NCBI GenBank assembly: GCA_037131455.1
Contig: JBAXRA010000002.1
Coordinates: forward strand, 1-35,847
Direction: 5' to 3'
From: a bacterium
GTDB taxonomy: Bacteria; Patescibacteriota; Minisyncoccia; Phycocordibacterales; CAIZLB01
DNA: 35,847 nucleotides
Shown: in pieces, positions 1 to 8,183 of the stretch
How the letters are laid out: the number at the start of each line of letters is the position of its first letter
Position numbering within the stretch: position 1 is the first letter of the stretch
Made by a program: the position numbers and the translations under genes
The notes under the pieces: generated by a model
The model's database searches: none
What the model saw: only the letters and a program-made list of their open reading frames with translations
Told to the model about the DNA's origin: nothing

Positions 1-58
1 TTGCTTTTATGGGTATAATTGTGTACTATTGTGTATAGTTGGTTTATAACCAATCTTT

Positions 59-1120
59 ATGCAAAACAATCGCTTCAACAAAAGAATACCGCTATCGCAA
101 GACATTCTATCCAGAATTTCTAAAGTAGACCAATTCCAAGGCCTCTGGCAGGGAAGCCTTCGTCTGGGACCGCAGATCCTCGGGCGTCTTAAGGCGTTTG
201 TAATTATCACCTCAACAGGAGCCTCGACTCGTATTGAGGGTGCAAAAATGACCGATGATGAAATCGCTCGTTTTTTGCGAGGTCTTCATTCCAAATCTCC
301 AAAAGGCCGAGACCAGGAAGAGGTGGCTGGGTACGCAGACCTTATCGGTCGGGTTTTTGATAATTGGAAAACGATCAAACTCAGTGAAGGTTGGATTCAG
401 CAGTTCCACAGTATTCTGTTGCATTTTTCAGAGAAGGATAAAATACATAAGGGTAAATATAAAACTGGTGACAATAAAGTCATCATGGAGAACGACAAGA
501 ATGAAGAAGTCGTGCTTTTTAACCCTACACATTCGTATCTTGTAAAAGGGGAAATGCTCGAGGCGATAGAGTGGGCAAATGAACAACTCGAAGTCCGACA
601 GATTCATCCACTTCTTGTGATCGCAAATTTTATTTTTGAATTTTTAGCTATTCACCCGTTCTCAGATGGTAATGGTCGTGTTAGTCGTGCCCTCACAAAT
701 CTTTTGCTTCTTAAAGCAGGATATAACTATGTGCCCTATGTCTCTCTTGATGAGATCATAGAGCAGACCAAGGTGGATTATTATCTAGCACTTCGCGCAA
801 CACAAAAAAATCATGGTACCAAAAACGAGGACATCACTCCTTGGGTTAATTATTTCCTCACCGCGCTCACTGAGCAGACAGAACGTGCGCGAAAAATCAT
901 GAATGAAGATCAGCCAGAAAAACTTCTTTCTGAAAAACAGAAAGAGGTGTATCAATTATTTATCGAAGGTAAGGAAATGGGAGTAGCTGAATTGGTAACA
1001 CTGCTTGCAGGGAAGGTGGAAAGAGAGACTATTAAACAAGCTTTGTCCCGTCTAGTGGAATTAAAGCTTCTTGAACGTCTTGGTCAAGGTAGAGGAAGTA
1101 GGTATGTTAAAGTTAAGTGA
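59..1120 (+). CDS. Fic/DOC family protein (class II, AMPylase-type) with C-terminal winged-helix-like tail
   Basis: 353-aa ORF. Canonical Fic motif HPFSDGNGRVSR (HxFx[DE]GNGRxxR). N-terminal inhibitory-helix motif STRIEG ([ST]xxxE[GN]). C-terminal tail ends ...LGQGRGSRYVKV. TATAAC at 45-50 lies 8 nt before the ATG. Confidence 0.85.
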   Translation: MQNNRFNKRIPLSQDILSRISKVDQFQGLWQGSLRLGPQILGRLKAFVIITSTGASTRIEGAKMTDDEIARFLRGLHSKSPKGRDQEEVAGYADLIGRVFDNWKTIKLSEGWIQQFHSILLHFSEKDKIHKGKYKTGDNKVIMENDKNEEVVLFNPTHSYLVKGEMLEAIEWANEQLEVRQIHPLLVIANFIFEFLAIHPFSDGNGRVSRALTNLLLLKAGYNYVPYVSLDEIIEQTKVDYYLALRATQKNHGTKNEDITPWVNYFLTALTEQTERARKIMNEDQPEKLLSEKQKEVYQLFIEGKEMGVAELVTLLAGKVERETIKQALSRLVELKLLERLGQGRGSRYVKVK

Positions 1121-1127
1121 GGGTTGG

Positions 1128-2024
1128 CTACTTCAAATCTTCCAAAATCTTCTTCACAGAATAAATCCTATCCGTATCGTATGGATATTCATGCAACGCG
1201 CCAATAATATTATAAGGCTCCAAAAATGAATCAATGGTATGTCTGAAACTTGGTTTTACCTCAGGTAGGATATTTGTATGCATATCATATCCAAAAACTT
1301 TCGGGCTATTTGCCACCCAAGTTACCACAGATGGCTTGTTCAAAGCCGCCGCTGCGTGCTGGGCAAATGAATCAATCAGAAGTCTTTTATCTGACAATTG
1401 AATGAGAGCAAAAGTTTCTCTTGCGGTTAATTCAAACCATTCGGTGTCTTTTAGAGGTTTCTGATCCTTGCGTCTTATGTGGATTACTCGATAGCCTGCC
1501 TTTTTCATTTTTTCACACACCTCGTCAGCAATTGGAAGGGGAAGGTCTCTGGCCCAAGAGATTGGGTATGGCTGTCCGGGCGCTCCGCCTGATGGTTGGA
1601 TTATGAATATTTTATCTCCATCTTTAAAATTGATTTTTTTCTTGGCAGATTCAGTTTCCTCATCGGTGATAAAAAGTTCAGTCTTTTCTTTTTTGTAAGG
1701 AATATCATAAAGGTCACACCAAATTGCGGCCAGGTTCTTTCTCTTGTAAAAGTAGTCCTCTGATGAGTATGGTTCCAACTTGAGAATGGTATTATCCGAA
1801 TCAAGGCCATTTTGTGCATAAAAGACCTGTTCGTCCTTGGGGTAAAGGATAGAGACGATTTCCTTGACGTTCGGGTTATTTAACCAAGCATCTCTGTGAG
1901 GAGACACAATGATAATGTCCTTAGAAGGGTGTTGCTTTTTTAAAGCCTTAACCACCGCAGTCGCGATGATATTTTTACCCAGTCCTCCTGAAATATTAAA
2001 GATTAGTGAGTTTTTGAATTTCAT
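1128..2024 (-). CDS. GT-B glycosyltransferase, family 9 (heptosyltransferase)-like
   Basis: 298-aa ORF. N-terminus SLIFNISGGLGKNIIATAVVKALKKQHPSKDIIIVS resembles the start of GT9 enzymes. The second half (IFIIQPSGG...) looks like the second Rossmann-like domain. Called by pattern only. Confidence 0.5.
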   Translation of the reverse strand: MKFKNSLIFNISGGLGKNIIATAVVKALKKQHPSKDIIIVSPHRDAWLNNPNVKEIVSILYPKDEQVFYAQNGLDSDNTILKLEPYSSEDYFYKRKNLAAIWCDLYDIPYKKEKTELFITDEETESAKKKINFKDGDKIFIIQPSGGAPGQPYPISWARDLPLPIADEVCEKMKKAGYRVIHIRRKDQKPLKDTEWFELTARETFALIQLSDKRLLIDSFAQHAAAALNKPSVVTWVANSPKVFGYDMHTNILPEVKPSFRHTIDSFLEPYNIIGALHEYPYDTDRIYSVKKILEDLK

Positions 2025-2557
2025 TTTCTATTTTTTATATAATCGGCACATAACCCTTGTCGCAAGTTTAAAGGAATTTTTTGCTCCAGCATCCTTTCGG
2101 TTGCTTCAAACTCTCTAAAAGTAAAGTGCATTTTTGGCAAAGTTTCTTTGCAGGGGACTTTGCATAAATCAGACCAGACTTTTGCAAGAGAATCATGTCT
2201 GTGGATGGCATCATTTGCATTGAATGGATCTTGCCAAAATATTTTAGAATCCTTGCCTTTTATAAAGTCTTCAAAGAAATAGGGGATACTGCCGGCCTTG
2301 TAGACTCTGAATATATCTGGATTATGGAGCCAAATTTCAGGGTGATTTGATACTACGACAATAGAGTCTTTTGGGTATTTCCTTTTGATATTATTCACTA
2401 CAGCAGTGGCTACCAGTTCCTTGTCAGGAGCCCCCATGCTGTTAAAAATTATAAATTTTGAGGGTTTTTGTTTTGTCGGCATCGGTTTATTACAAGATAT
2501 CATATCGTACATCATTCTATCTTCCAAGTTGTACCCACCTACAGTTTCACAACACAT
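2021..2557 (-). CDS. N-terminal-domain-only paralog of the adjacent GT9-like protein (truncated; true start probably internal)
   Basis: 178-aa ORF. FIIFNSMGAPDKELVATAVVNNIKRKYPKDSIVVVSNHPEIWLHNPD aligns with residues 7-55 of the 1128..2024 product, and LAKVWSDLCKVP aligns with LAAIWCDLYDIP. It ends at the interdomain position. A 4-nt overlap (2021-2024) joins it to the downstream gene. The ORF start at 2557 leaves only 23 nt before the divergent ATG at 2581, so an internal Met is likely. Confidence 0.4.
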   Translation of the reverse strand: MCCETVGGYNLEDRMMYDMISCNKPMPTKQKPSKFIIFNSMGAPDKELVATAVVNNIKRKYPKDSIVVVSNHPEIWLHNPDIFRVYKAGSIPYFFEDFIKGKDSKIFWQDPFNANDAIHRHDSLAKVWSDLCKVPCKETLPKMHFTFREFEATERMLEQKIPLNLRQGLCADYIKNRK

Positions 2558-2580
2558 AATATTATGATAAAATAACCAAC

Positions 2581-2847
2581 ATGAAAATATTTAATTTTTT
2601 GATTCCATTTACAATCGGTGTAGTTTTAACAGTTTTTATTTACCAAGCTTTTACAATTTATCAATTACGCGCAACCGCAGCAGAAAATCGCCAGATAATC
2701 CTGAACGATCGAGCAGTGATAGGAGACATCGTTGGTTTTTTGAAATCAAAGTACCCTGAACTTCAAAAGCAAGCAGATGAGGCCAACAAGGCCGCAGCTC
2801 AGGCTGCTGCACCTGCAAAGGCTGCTGCAAGTTCTACAAAGAAGTAG
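2581..2847 (+). CDS. small single-pass membrane protein with Ala/Lys-rich tail
   Basis: 88-aa ORF. Hydrophobic N-terminus (IFNFLIPFTIGVVLTVFIY). Low-complexity tail ANKAAAQAAAPAKAAASSTKK. No family recognised. Confidence 0.4.
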   Translation: MKIFNFLIPFTIGVVLTVFIYQAFTIYQLRATAAENRQIILNDRAVIGDIVGFLKSKYPELQKQADEANKAAAQAAAPAKAAASSTKK

Positions 2848-2910
2848 GGTTAATTTGATGAGAAGGTGGGGTGGGTGGTTTTATAGTGGTATCTAGATTA
2901 TAATATTTAT

Positions 2911-3192
2911 ATGAATTCACCAGTCCAATTTACAGAGGAAGATGTATATAAATCTAGATCTATTTTAGGGCAACCTAGGACTCCGAAAATAGTAGATTTT
3001 TTAGTTAAAAAAGGTTTTGTAAAAGATGAAAGTACAGCTGGTAAGTTGTTATTTTTATTAAGTATTGTCTTTCTTTTATTTGCTTTAGGTATAAGTATCT
3101 TTTATGTATCAGGATTTAACAGGCCTGATTATGTAAAAATTTCTAAGGATGCAATGAATGTTTTCCCTAAAACAGAACCTCCTCAGGAATAA
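2911..3192 (+). CDS. small membrane protein, pilin-cassette partner (copy 1)
   Basis: 93-aa ORF. It has a cytoplasmic head with KIVDFLVKKGFVKDESTAGKLL followed by one TM helix. It is a paralog of 14571..14831 (IVNFLIKKGIVKTEGQATGVL). TATAAT at 2899-2904 lies 6 nt before the ATG. The pilin gene follows 5 nt after the stop. Confidence 0.55.
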   Translation: MNSPVQFTEEDVYKSRSILGQPRTPKIVDFLVKKGFVKDESTAGKLLFLLSIVFLLFALGISIFYVSGFNRPDYVKISKDAMNVFPKTEPPQE

Positions 3193-3197
3193 AAAAT

Positions 3198-3731
3198 ATG
3201 ATTAAAAATTATAAAAACCGTGGCTTTACACTAATCGAACTTCTTGTTGTTATCGCAATCATCGCCCTCCTGTCTAGTGTTGTGTTGGCCAGTTTGAGTC
3301 AAGCTCGTGCAAAAGGAAAAGATGCGGCTATTAAGTCCGATCTTCGTCAGATGACGATTCTTCTTCAACAAGAATATAACGATAGGAGAAGTTATCAAGG
3401 GCTGCAGGGACGTTGGGATGATATTTGGGTTCCGTCCAGTCATGCATGTGAAGATATGTTTCCACCTAATGATTTAAATACTAATACTAGTGCCTATAAA
3501 GGCCAAATGATAGCAATCTGTAATGATATTTTAAAGAATTCTCCATCAGGTGGCGGGGTATACTTTGGACATGCGGCACCTGATTACAATTCTCTTACAG
3601 GAAGATTCCAGAGATACTCTATAGGTGCTTTATTGAATAATGGACATTGGTATTGCTTTGGAAACAGTGGAGCCAATAACGAATCGGTAAATAATGGATT
3701 CACTGAGGCTGGGTGCATACTTAATCCTTAG
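3198..3731 (+). CDS. type IV pilin-like protein (prepilin N-terminal cleavage/methylation domain), copy 1
   Basis: 177-aa ORF. KNRG/FTLIELLVVIAIIALLSS is a class III signal with Gly-1, Phe+1 and Glu+5. Four Cys residues. C-terminus ...AGCILNP. Confidence 0.85.
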   Translation: MIKNYKNRGFTLIELLVVIAIIALLSSVVLASLSQARAKGKDAAIKSDLRQMTILLQQEYNDRRSYQGLQGRWDDIWVPSSHACEDMFPPNDLNTNTSAYKGQMIAICNDILKNSPSGGGVYFGHAAPDYNSLTGRFQRYSIGALLNNGHWYCFGNSGANNESVNNGFTEAGCILNP

Positions 3732-3799
3732 TAGGAAAGAATTCGTCTATTGCACCCCGTTGCCAACCTCTTCTCCCTATGCTATATTCCTTCCTACAT

Positions 3800-4534
3800 A
3801 TGTCATCAACAACAGCAAGCAAAACAGCCACAAAATCAGTCGTCGACGAAATGTTCAAAGTCGGCGCTCATTACGGTTTTATCAAGTCACGTCGTCACCC
3901 AACGGTCAAGCCTTTTATTTTTGGTACTAAAAACACAGTCGAAATCTTTAATCTAGAGGTCACAGAGGCACAACTAGCAAAAGCAGAAGCCTTCATTCAG
4001 GAAATCGCAGGAAAGGGCAAACAGGTCCTATTTGCTTCAGGAAAAAGCGAAATTAAAAACCCCCTACAGCACGGTGCTGAGGCTTGTAACATGCCATTCG
4101 TTGCAGGACGATGGATTGGTGGAACTTTCACAAACTTTGAAGCTATCCGAAGACGAGCAGAGAAATTAACTGACCTTATTTCACAGAAGGAAAAGGGTGA
4201 ACTTAATAAATACACTAAAAAGGAGCGATTGTTGATCGACCGAGATATTACAAAGTTGCAGACTCTTTTCGGAGGACTTGTTTCTATGAAGTCTCTTCCT
4301 GGCGCACTATTCGTAGTTGATGCTAAAAAAGAACACATTGCAGTTGCCGAGGCTAATCAGGCTGGTATTCCAGTGGTGGCGCTTTGCGGTTCTGATAACG
4401 ACATCTCTGTTGTTAAATACCCAGTCATTGCAAACGACTCATCTGTTGACAGTATGACTTACTTCATCAACCGCATTTCACACGCTGTGAAGACCGCTCC
4501 AAAGGCGTCTGAGCCTGTTGTCGACTCTAAATAA
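3800..4534 (+). CDS. rpsB: 30S ribosomal protein S2
   Basis: FKVGAHYGFIKSRRHPTVKPFIFGTKNTVEIFNL and the FVVDAKKEHIAVAEANQAGIPVVAL core are typical of S2. The start is set at the second Met (3800) because TTGCCA-17nt-TATATT (-10 at 3783-3788) sits 11 nt upstream. The ORF track starts at 3779. Confidence 0.9.
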   Translation: MSSTTASKTATKSVVDEMFKVGAHYGFIKSRRHPTVKPFIFGTKNTVEIFNLEVTEAQLAKAEAFIQEIAGKGKQVLFASGKSEIKNPLQHGAEACNMPFVAGRWIGGTFTNFEAIRRRAEKLTDLISQKEKGELNKYTKKERLLIDRDITKLQTLFGGLVSMKSLPGALFVVDAKKEHIAVAEANQAGIPVVALCGSDNDISVVKYPVIANDSSVDSMTYFINRISHAVKTAPKASEPVVDSK

Positions 4535-4555
4535 TTTAGTTATAATAAAAAACCT

Positions 4556-5149
4556 ATGACCACTATATCAATGGACCTTGTTAAGGAGTTGCGAGATTTG
4601 ACTGGTATTTCTGTTATGCAGTGCCGAAAGGCCTTGGAAGAGGCGGGTGGGGATAAAGAAAAGGCAATTATTCTACTTCGAAAAAAAGGCGCTGAAATTG
4701 CATCTAAAAAGGGTGATCGTACCCTTGGTGCCGGTGTTGTGGCCTCTTACGTGCACAGTAACAAGACATTGGGTGCTATGGTAGAATTGATGTCAGAGAC
4801 GGATTTTGTCTCTAAGAACGCAGAATTTATGGCTTTAGCGTACGATATCGCTATGCAGGTCTCTGCAACTAATCCTGATTTCGTTCGAAAGGATGAAATC
4901 AACGAGGCTGACAAGGCGAAGGCCACTGAGGTGTTTGCAAAGGAGGTAGAAGGCAAGCCAGAAGAAATGAAGGCAAAGATTCTTCAGGGAAAATTGGATG
5001 CTTATTTCAAGGACAAAATCCTTTTGGAACAACCTTTCATCAAAAACCCCGATCTTACGATTGGACAGATGATTGAAAACGCAATTCAGAAATTCGGCGA
5101 GAAAATAGAGATCGGCAAGTTCGTCAGAATGTCGATTTTGGGCAAATAG
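4556..5149 (+). CDS. tsf: elongation factor Ts (short form)
   Basis: 197-aa ORF. N-terminal UBA-like VKELRDLTGISVMQCRKALEEAGGDKEKAIILLRKKG. Conserved rpsB-tsf synteny. TATAAT at 4541-4546 lies 9 nt before the ATG. Confidence 0.9.
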   Translation: MTTISMDLVKELRDLTGISVMQCRKALEEAGGDKEKAIILLRKKGAEIASKKGDRTLGAGVVASYVHSNKTLGAMVELMSETDFVSKNAEFMALAYDIAMQVSATNPDFVRKDEINEADKAKATEVFAKEVEGKPEEMKAKILQGKLDAYFKDKILLEQPFIKNPDLTIGQMIENAIQKFGEKIEIGKFVRMSILGK

Positions 5150-5173
5150 TCGTGGGGGCTTGACCCTACAATT

Positions 5174-5539
5174 ATGTTAACTACATTTATAATTTTCATA
5201 GCCTCGACAATAACAGCTCTCTTTATCCTGGCTAATAAAATTGGCCAGATCAGCGGTTCGCGCTGGTATGTTCAGCTACATTCGCACGAATTTGAACACA
5301 AGGTGATCAATAAAATGGGTGCCTTTTGGGATGTTATTTCACATTGGACAGGAAGCACTTTCCGTGTAGTTTCTGCTAGGGTTTTAGAGAAACTGGAAAA
5401 GTTTTTCATGAAAGTTTTCTTTAAACTATTCAGATATATAAATAAACTGTCTGATATGGTGAAAGGGAAGGATGTTCCAAAGAATAAAGGTTCAGCATCG
5501 TTTTTCTTGAAGAGGATAGACGAGACGGAGAAGTTGTAA
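5174..5539 (+). CDS. hypothetical membrane-anchored protein
   Basis: 121-aa ORF. N-terminal TM helix (TTFIIFIASTITALFILA). No family recognised. Confidence 0.35.
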   Translation: MLTTFIIFIASTITALFILANKIGQISGSRWYVQLHSHEFEHKVINKMGAFWDVISHWTGSTFRVVSARVLEKLEKFFMKVFFKLFRYINKLSDMVKGKDVPKNKGSASFFLKRIDETEKL

Positions 5540-5542
5540 AGT

Positions 5543-5571
5543 TTGAAAAATCTGAAGGGTTGTGATATATT
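5543..5571 (+). promoter_or_regulatory. sigma70-type promoter for the leader-RNA/tRNA-Thr transcript
   Basis: TTGAAA (5543-5548), a 17-nt spacer, then TATATT (5566-5571). The predicted TSS is near A5578, 1 nt before the first paired base of the downstream structure. Confidence 0.45.
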
Positions 5572-5578
5572 CTGAACA

Positions 5579-5646
5579 CGTCGCGCAGTGGTCGCCTCTT
5601 AAATGATTCGGCGACATGATTCTACAGAATCAGACGGTGCGCGACG
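5579..5646 (+). ncRNA. candidate structured RNA (three-way junction) in the 5' leader of tRNA-Thr
   Basis: P1 pairs 5579-5587 with 5638-5646 (9 perfect bp). P2 pairs 5591-5596 with 5610-5615 (6 bp, 13-nt loop). P3 pairs 5617-5622 with 5627-5632 (6 bp, tetraloop taca). It is a GC-rich island in AT-rich intergenic DNA. No known RNA family recognised. Confidence 0.35.
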
Positions 5647-5662
5647 AAATTTCGCAAAATTT

Positions 5663-5738
5663 GCCGCTTTAGCTCAGTTGGTAGAGCAACTGTTTTGTAA
5701 ACAGTAGGTCCTCAGTTCGAATCTGAGAAGCGGCTCCA
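5663..5738 (+). tRNA. tRNA-Thr (anticodon UGU), CCA encoded
   Basis: The cloverleaf checks by hand. Acceptor GCCGCTT/AAGCGGC, D stem GCTC/GAGC, anticodon stem ACTGT/ACAGT with loop TTTGTAA, T arm CTCAG-TTCGAAT-CTGAG, discriminator T, CCA at 5736-5738. Confidence 0.9.
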
Positions 5739-5745
5739 AAAAAAT

Positions 5746-5779
5746 AAAACACCTCGTAATCGAGGTGTTTTATTTTTTT
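5746..5779. terminator. bidirectional intrinsic terminator
   Basis: An 11-bp stem, aaaacacctcg (5746-5756) with cgaggtgtttt (5761-5771), loop taat. An A-run lies upstream and a T-run downstream. It sits between tRNA-Thr (+) and the stop of the convergent 5795..7348 gene (-). Confidence 0.7.
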
Positions 5780-5794
5780 AAACTTACACCAGAA

Positions 5795-7348
5795 TCAAGT
5801 CGGTGTGGTCCCAACACCTCTTGGGTCAATTAAACCTTGCGCAGTGCCATAATTATCACACTCTTCTCCGTCATATACCAGGCAGGGTATTGAAGCAATT
5901 TGCTGTCCTCCTAGTACTAACGGCCCAGGTTCAAAAACATTATACATTTCGTATAGAGTTGAAACTCCTGGAATGTACATTAATTGAATTGTTGATTTTA
6001 AATCATAATCGTATATATAGGCCATAATCATAGCTTCACAAGTACAATATTGAACATATACAATATTTCCACCAAAGACATCTCTAATTCCTCCCATTCC
6101 AAAGTCATCAGTGCTCTCTCCTAATACTTGGCCGAGCAACATAGTGTCCCTAGTTGTTTCCGAACTCTGAATAATAGGTCTAGATCCAGCTATTCCGTCA
6201 ACTGTCTTACTACTCATCACAGCGTTACGTAGGAGCATGTTGTTGGACATTGCAACCTTCCGTGTGCGGTCTAGACTTTGAGAATATTTTTCAACATTTG
6301 GAGGTAATGAGAATAATTTTTGAGTGCCATCTTTCTGGCCCAATGCTAATTCTGAAGGGGCAACAAAAATAATAAAGTTTTTGATAACGCTTTGCCTATC
6401 AGCTGATAGTTTAATAGCAAAAGTAGAGGTCCCGGCGTTTGTCGGATGTCCTGAAATTCCTAGGATTGAATAGCAATCTGAGCCATTGCAATTAGTCCTT
6501 TTTGGCGAGAGACTTAAACCTGCAGGTAATGCACCCCCAGTTAAATTCCATTTAAAATCAGAGCCTGAGCCTGTACCCATAATAACAACCGAATAATCTG
6601 AATTTACTGCTGTGTCTGATAATTTGTAACTAGACACTATCGATAGAGGAATGGGATTTTTTGGATCGAGGATACTTAAATCATCAGCTTGATCATTTTG
6701 AACATAAGCAGAGTTATTTTGAATGATGAATTTCAAATTTTGAGTATTTGAAGATGTAGCTTGGTTTTGATTTGTATTTGATTGATCATTATTTTTTGTC
6801 GCAGGAGGGCTATTTAATGAAACATTTGTACTTTCTAGAATATTAGTATAGCCCGCCTTCCCATTTCGTAGATTATTCAAGATCTGATTGAGAACAGTTC
6901 TAGTCATTGAGCCAACGTTACCTGTTGTACTACTGAGACCAATGGGGGTTAGAATAACCGCTTTATAGAGCTCCTGGAAGCGATTTACTGCATTGGTGGT
7001 AGCAGGTCCAAAATAGCTAGTTTCGAGACCTGTACTACCGACTCCCGAGGGTTTAACAATGGTTCGATAATCAGAATTGAGAATGATTTGAAGGTACCTT
7101 ACCTCTGTGTCGGAAACTCCACTACGAAGGGTTTTGCTGAATAAAAAATTAGCAGGGATTTTTTTGGCCATTAAAATGCTCTGCTGGAGTGTTGGTGAGG
7201 TAAGAACTGTAGAATTACTGGAATCCAGAGTAACAGGGACTGTGGTGGCTATAATACCGAGCGGTCTACCCATAACCATAAAAAAAGTGAGAAAAAAGAC
7301 AAGAGACTTGGTGATAAATTTTCGAATATTTTTATGCCTCAATTCCAT
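5795..7348 (-). CDS. secreted multidomain protein: signal peptide, peptidoglycan-binding-like repeat, Ig-like segment, unknown Cys-containing C-terminal domain
   Basis: 517-aa ORF. Hydrophobic N-terminus (SLVFFLTFFMVMG). PG_binding_1-like stretch DTEVRYLQIILNSD...YFGPATTNAVNRFQELY. N/Q/S/T low-complexity linker. GGALPAGLSLSP...GTSTFAIKL resembles putative Ig/cadherin-like domains. The last ~180 aa are not recognised. Confidence 0.6.
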   Translation of the reverse strand: MELRHKNIRKFITKSLVFFLTFFMVMGRPLGIIATTVPVTLDSSNSTVLTSPTLQQSILMAKKIPANFLFSKTLRSGVSDTEVRYLQIILNSDYRTIVKPSGVGSTGLETSYFGPATTNAVNRFQELYKAVILTPIGLSSTTGNVGSMTRTVLNQILNNLRNGKAGYTNILESTNVSLNSPPATKNNDQSNTNQNQATSSNTQNLKFIIQNNSAYVQNDQADDLSILDPKNPIPLSIVSSYKLSDTAVNSDYSVVIMGTGSGSDFKWNLTGGALPAGLSLSPKRTNCNGSDCYSILGISGHPTNAGTSTFAIKLSADRQSVIKNFIIFVAPSELALGQKDGTQKLFSLPPNVEKYSQSLDRTRKVAMSNNMLLRNAVMSSKTVDGIAGSRPIIQSSETTRDTMLLGQVLGESTDDFGMGGIRDVFGGNIVYVQYCTCEAMIMAYIYDYDLKSTIQLMYIPGVSTLYEMYNVFEPGPLVLGGQQIASIPCLVYDGEECDNYGTAQGLIDPRGVGTTPT

Positions 7349-7444
7349 ATTAATAATTATAACATATTAAAAAAGGTTATTGTTCGACGGATATGAACTT
7401 GTTAATAAATATTTAAAGCCGTATTGATTACCCAGTAAGTGATT

Positions 7445-8164
7445 CTATTTTTTAGTCGATGACGCATCAGTTGATGTACTCACCCTAGCTTCCAATGCCC
7501 TTTCCTTATCAATTTTTTTCAATTCTGGAAGTATATCTTTCATTTGATCAATAGAAAGAAATCCGGTGTAAGTTTCGTCATTTATAACAAGAACTGGATA
7601 TGGCTCTTTTACTTTGTATATTTTAGCAAGTGTATCAACAGCTGAAACAGAAAGGCGACGATCAAAAGAATAAATGCGTACATTCGGGTAGGTGTTTCTA
7701 AGGTGATTTAAGACAGCGCTTGTTTTTTCGCAGTCTGCGCAATCAGATTTGCTTCCGTAAAAATAGAGAATAGAAATAGGTTTTAATCCGCATTTTTCGC
7801 TTAGTCTTTGCATTAATGAAAAATCCTTTATCTGAAGAAGTTCGTAGTATTTCTTGATGTAATTAAATTCCTCGTTACTTTGGTCAGATTCCAAGTATGA
7901 AAGTTTCTTCTCAAGACTATTTAATTCGGTAGATAAAATGCTGTCGTTCACGTTTTTACATGAAGTCTCTCGTAGAAGGTCGTATTGAGTTTCAGACGAC
8001 AGGATGTTTAGTGAAATGGTGTCCTGAATGGATCGAAGGTCTCCGGCTCGAGACTTGTCCAATAAATTATTAACAAACAAAGCGGTACCAAAAATTAAAG
8101 CTGTAATGATGAATGTCATTACGTACTTGCTCCAGTCAATAGGTTTTCGATTATGTTCAGGCAT
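7445..8164 (-). CDS. membrane-anchored thioredoxin-fold protein (CxxC = CADC)
   Basis: 239-aa ORF. One N-terminal TM helix (YVMTFIITALIFGTALFV) and a predicted helical linker. The C-terminal pattern ILYFYGSKSDCADCEKTSAVLNHL...YPVLVINDETYTGF matches a thioredoxin/glutaredoxin fold. Confidence 0.5.
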   Translation of the reverse strand: MPEHNRKPIDWSKYVMTFIITALIFGTALFVNNLLDKSRAGDLRSIQDTISLNILSSETQYDLLRETSCKNVNDSILSTELNSLEKKLSYLESDQSNEEFNYIKKYYELLQIKDFSLMQRLSEKCGLKPISILYFYGSKSDCADCEKTSAVLNHLRNTYPNVRIYSFDRRLSVSAVDTLAKIYKVKEPYPVLVINDETYTGFLSIDQMKDILPELKKIDKERALEARVSTSTDASSTKK

Positions 8165-8183
8165 TTAATTTAATTTTGCAAAG

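Noticed and set aside
3694-3956. ORFs 3694..3930 and 3750..3956 spanning the pilin-rpsB junction.
   Set aside because: They overlap the pilin 3' end, the rpsB promoter and the rpsB coding frame. They have no motifs and rpsB is clearly the real frame.
5579-5646. Assigning the tRNA-Thr leader structure to a known family (SRP/4.5S RNA, or a fluoride, preQ1, guanidine or purine riboswitch).
   Set aside because: None of the conserved sequence signatures I can recall for those families is present, for example the GGAA/AGCA helix-8 motifs of SRP RNA. It is left as an unclassified candidate.
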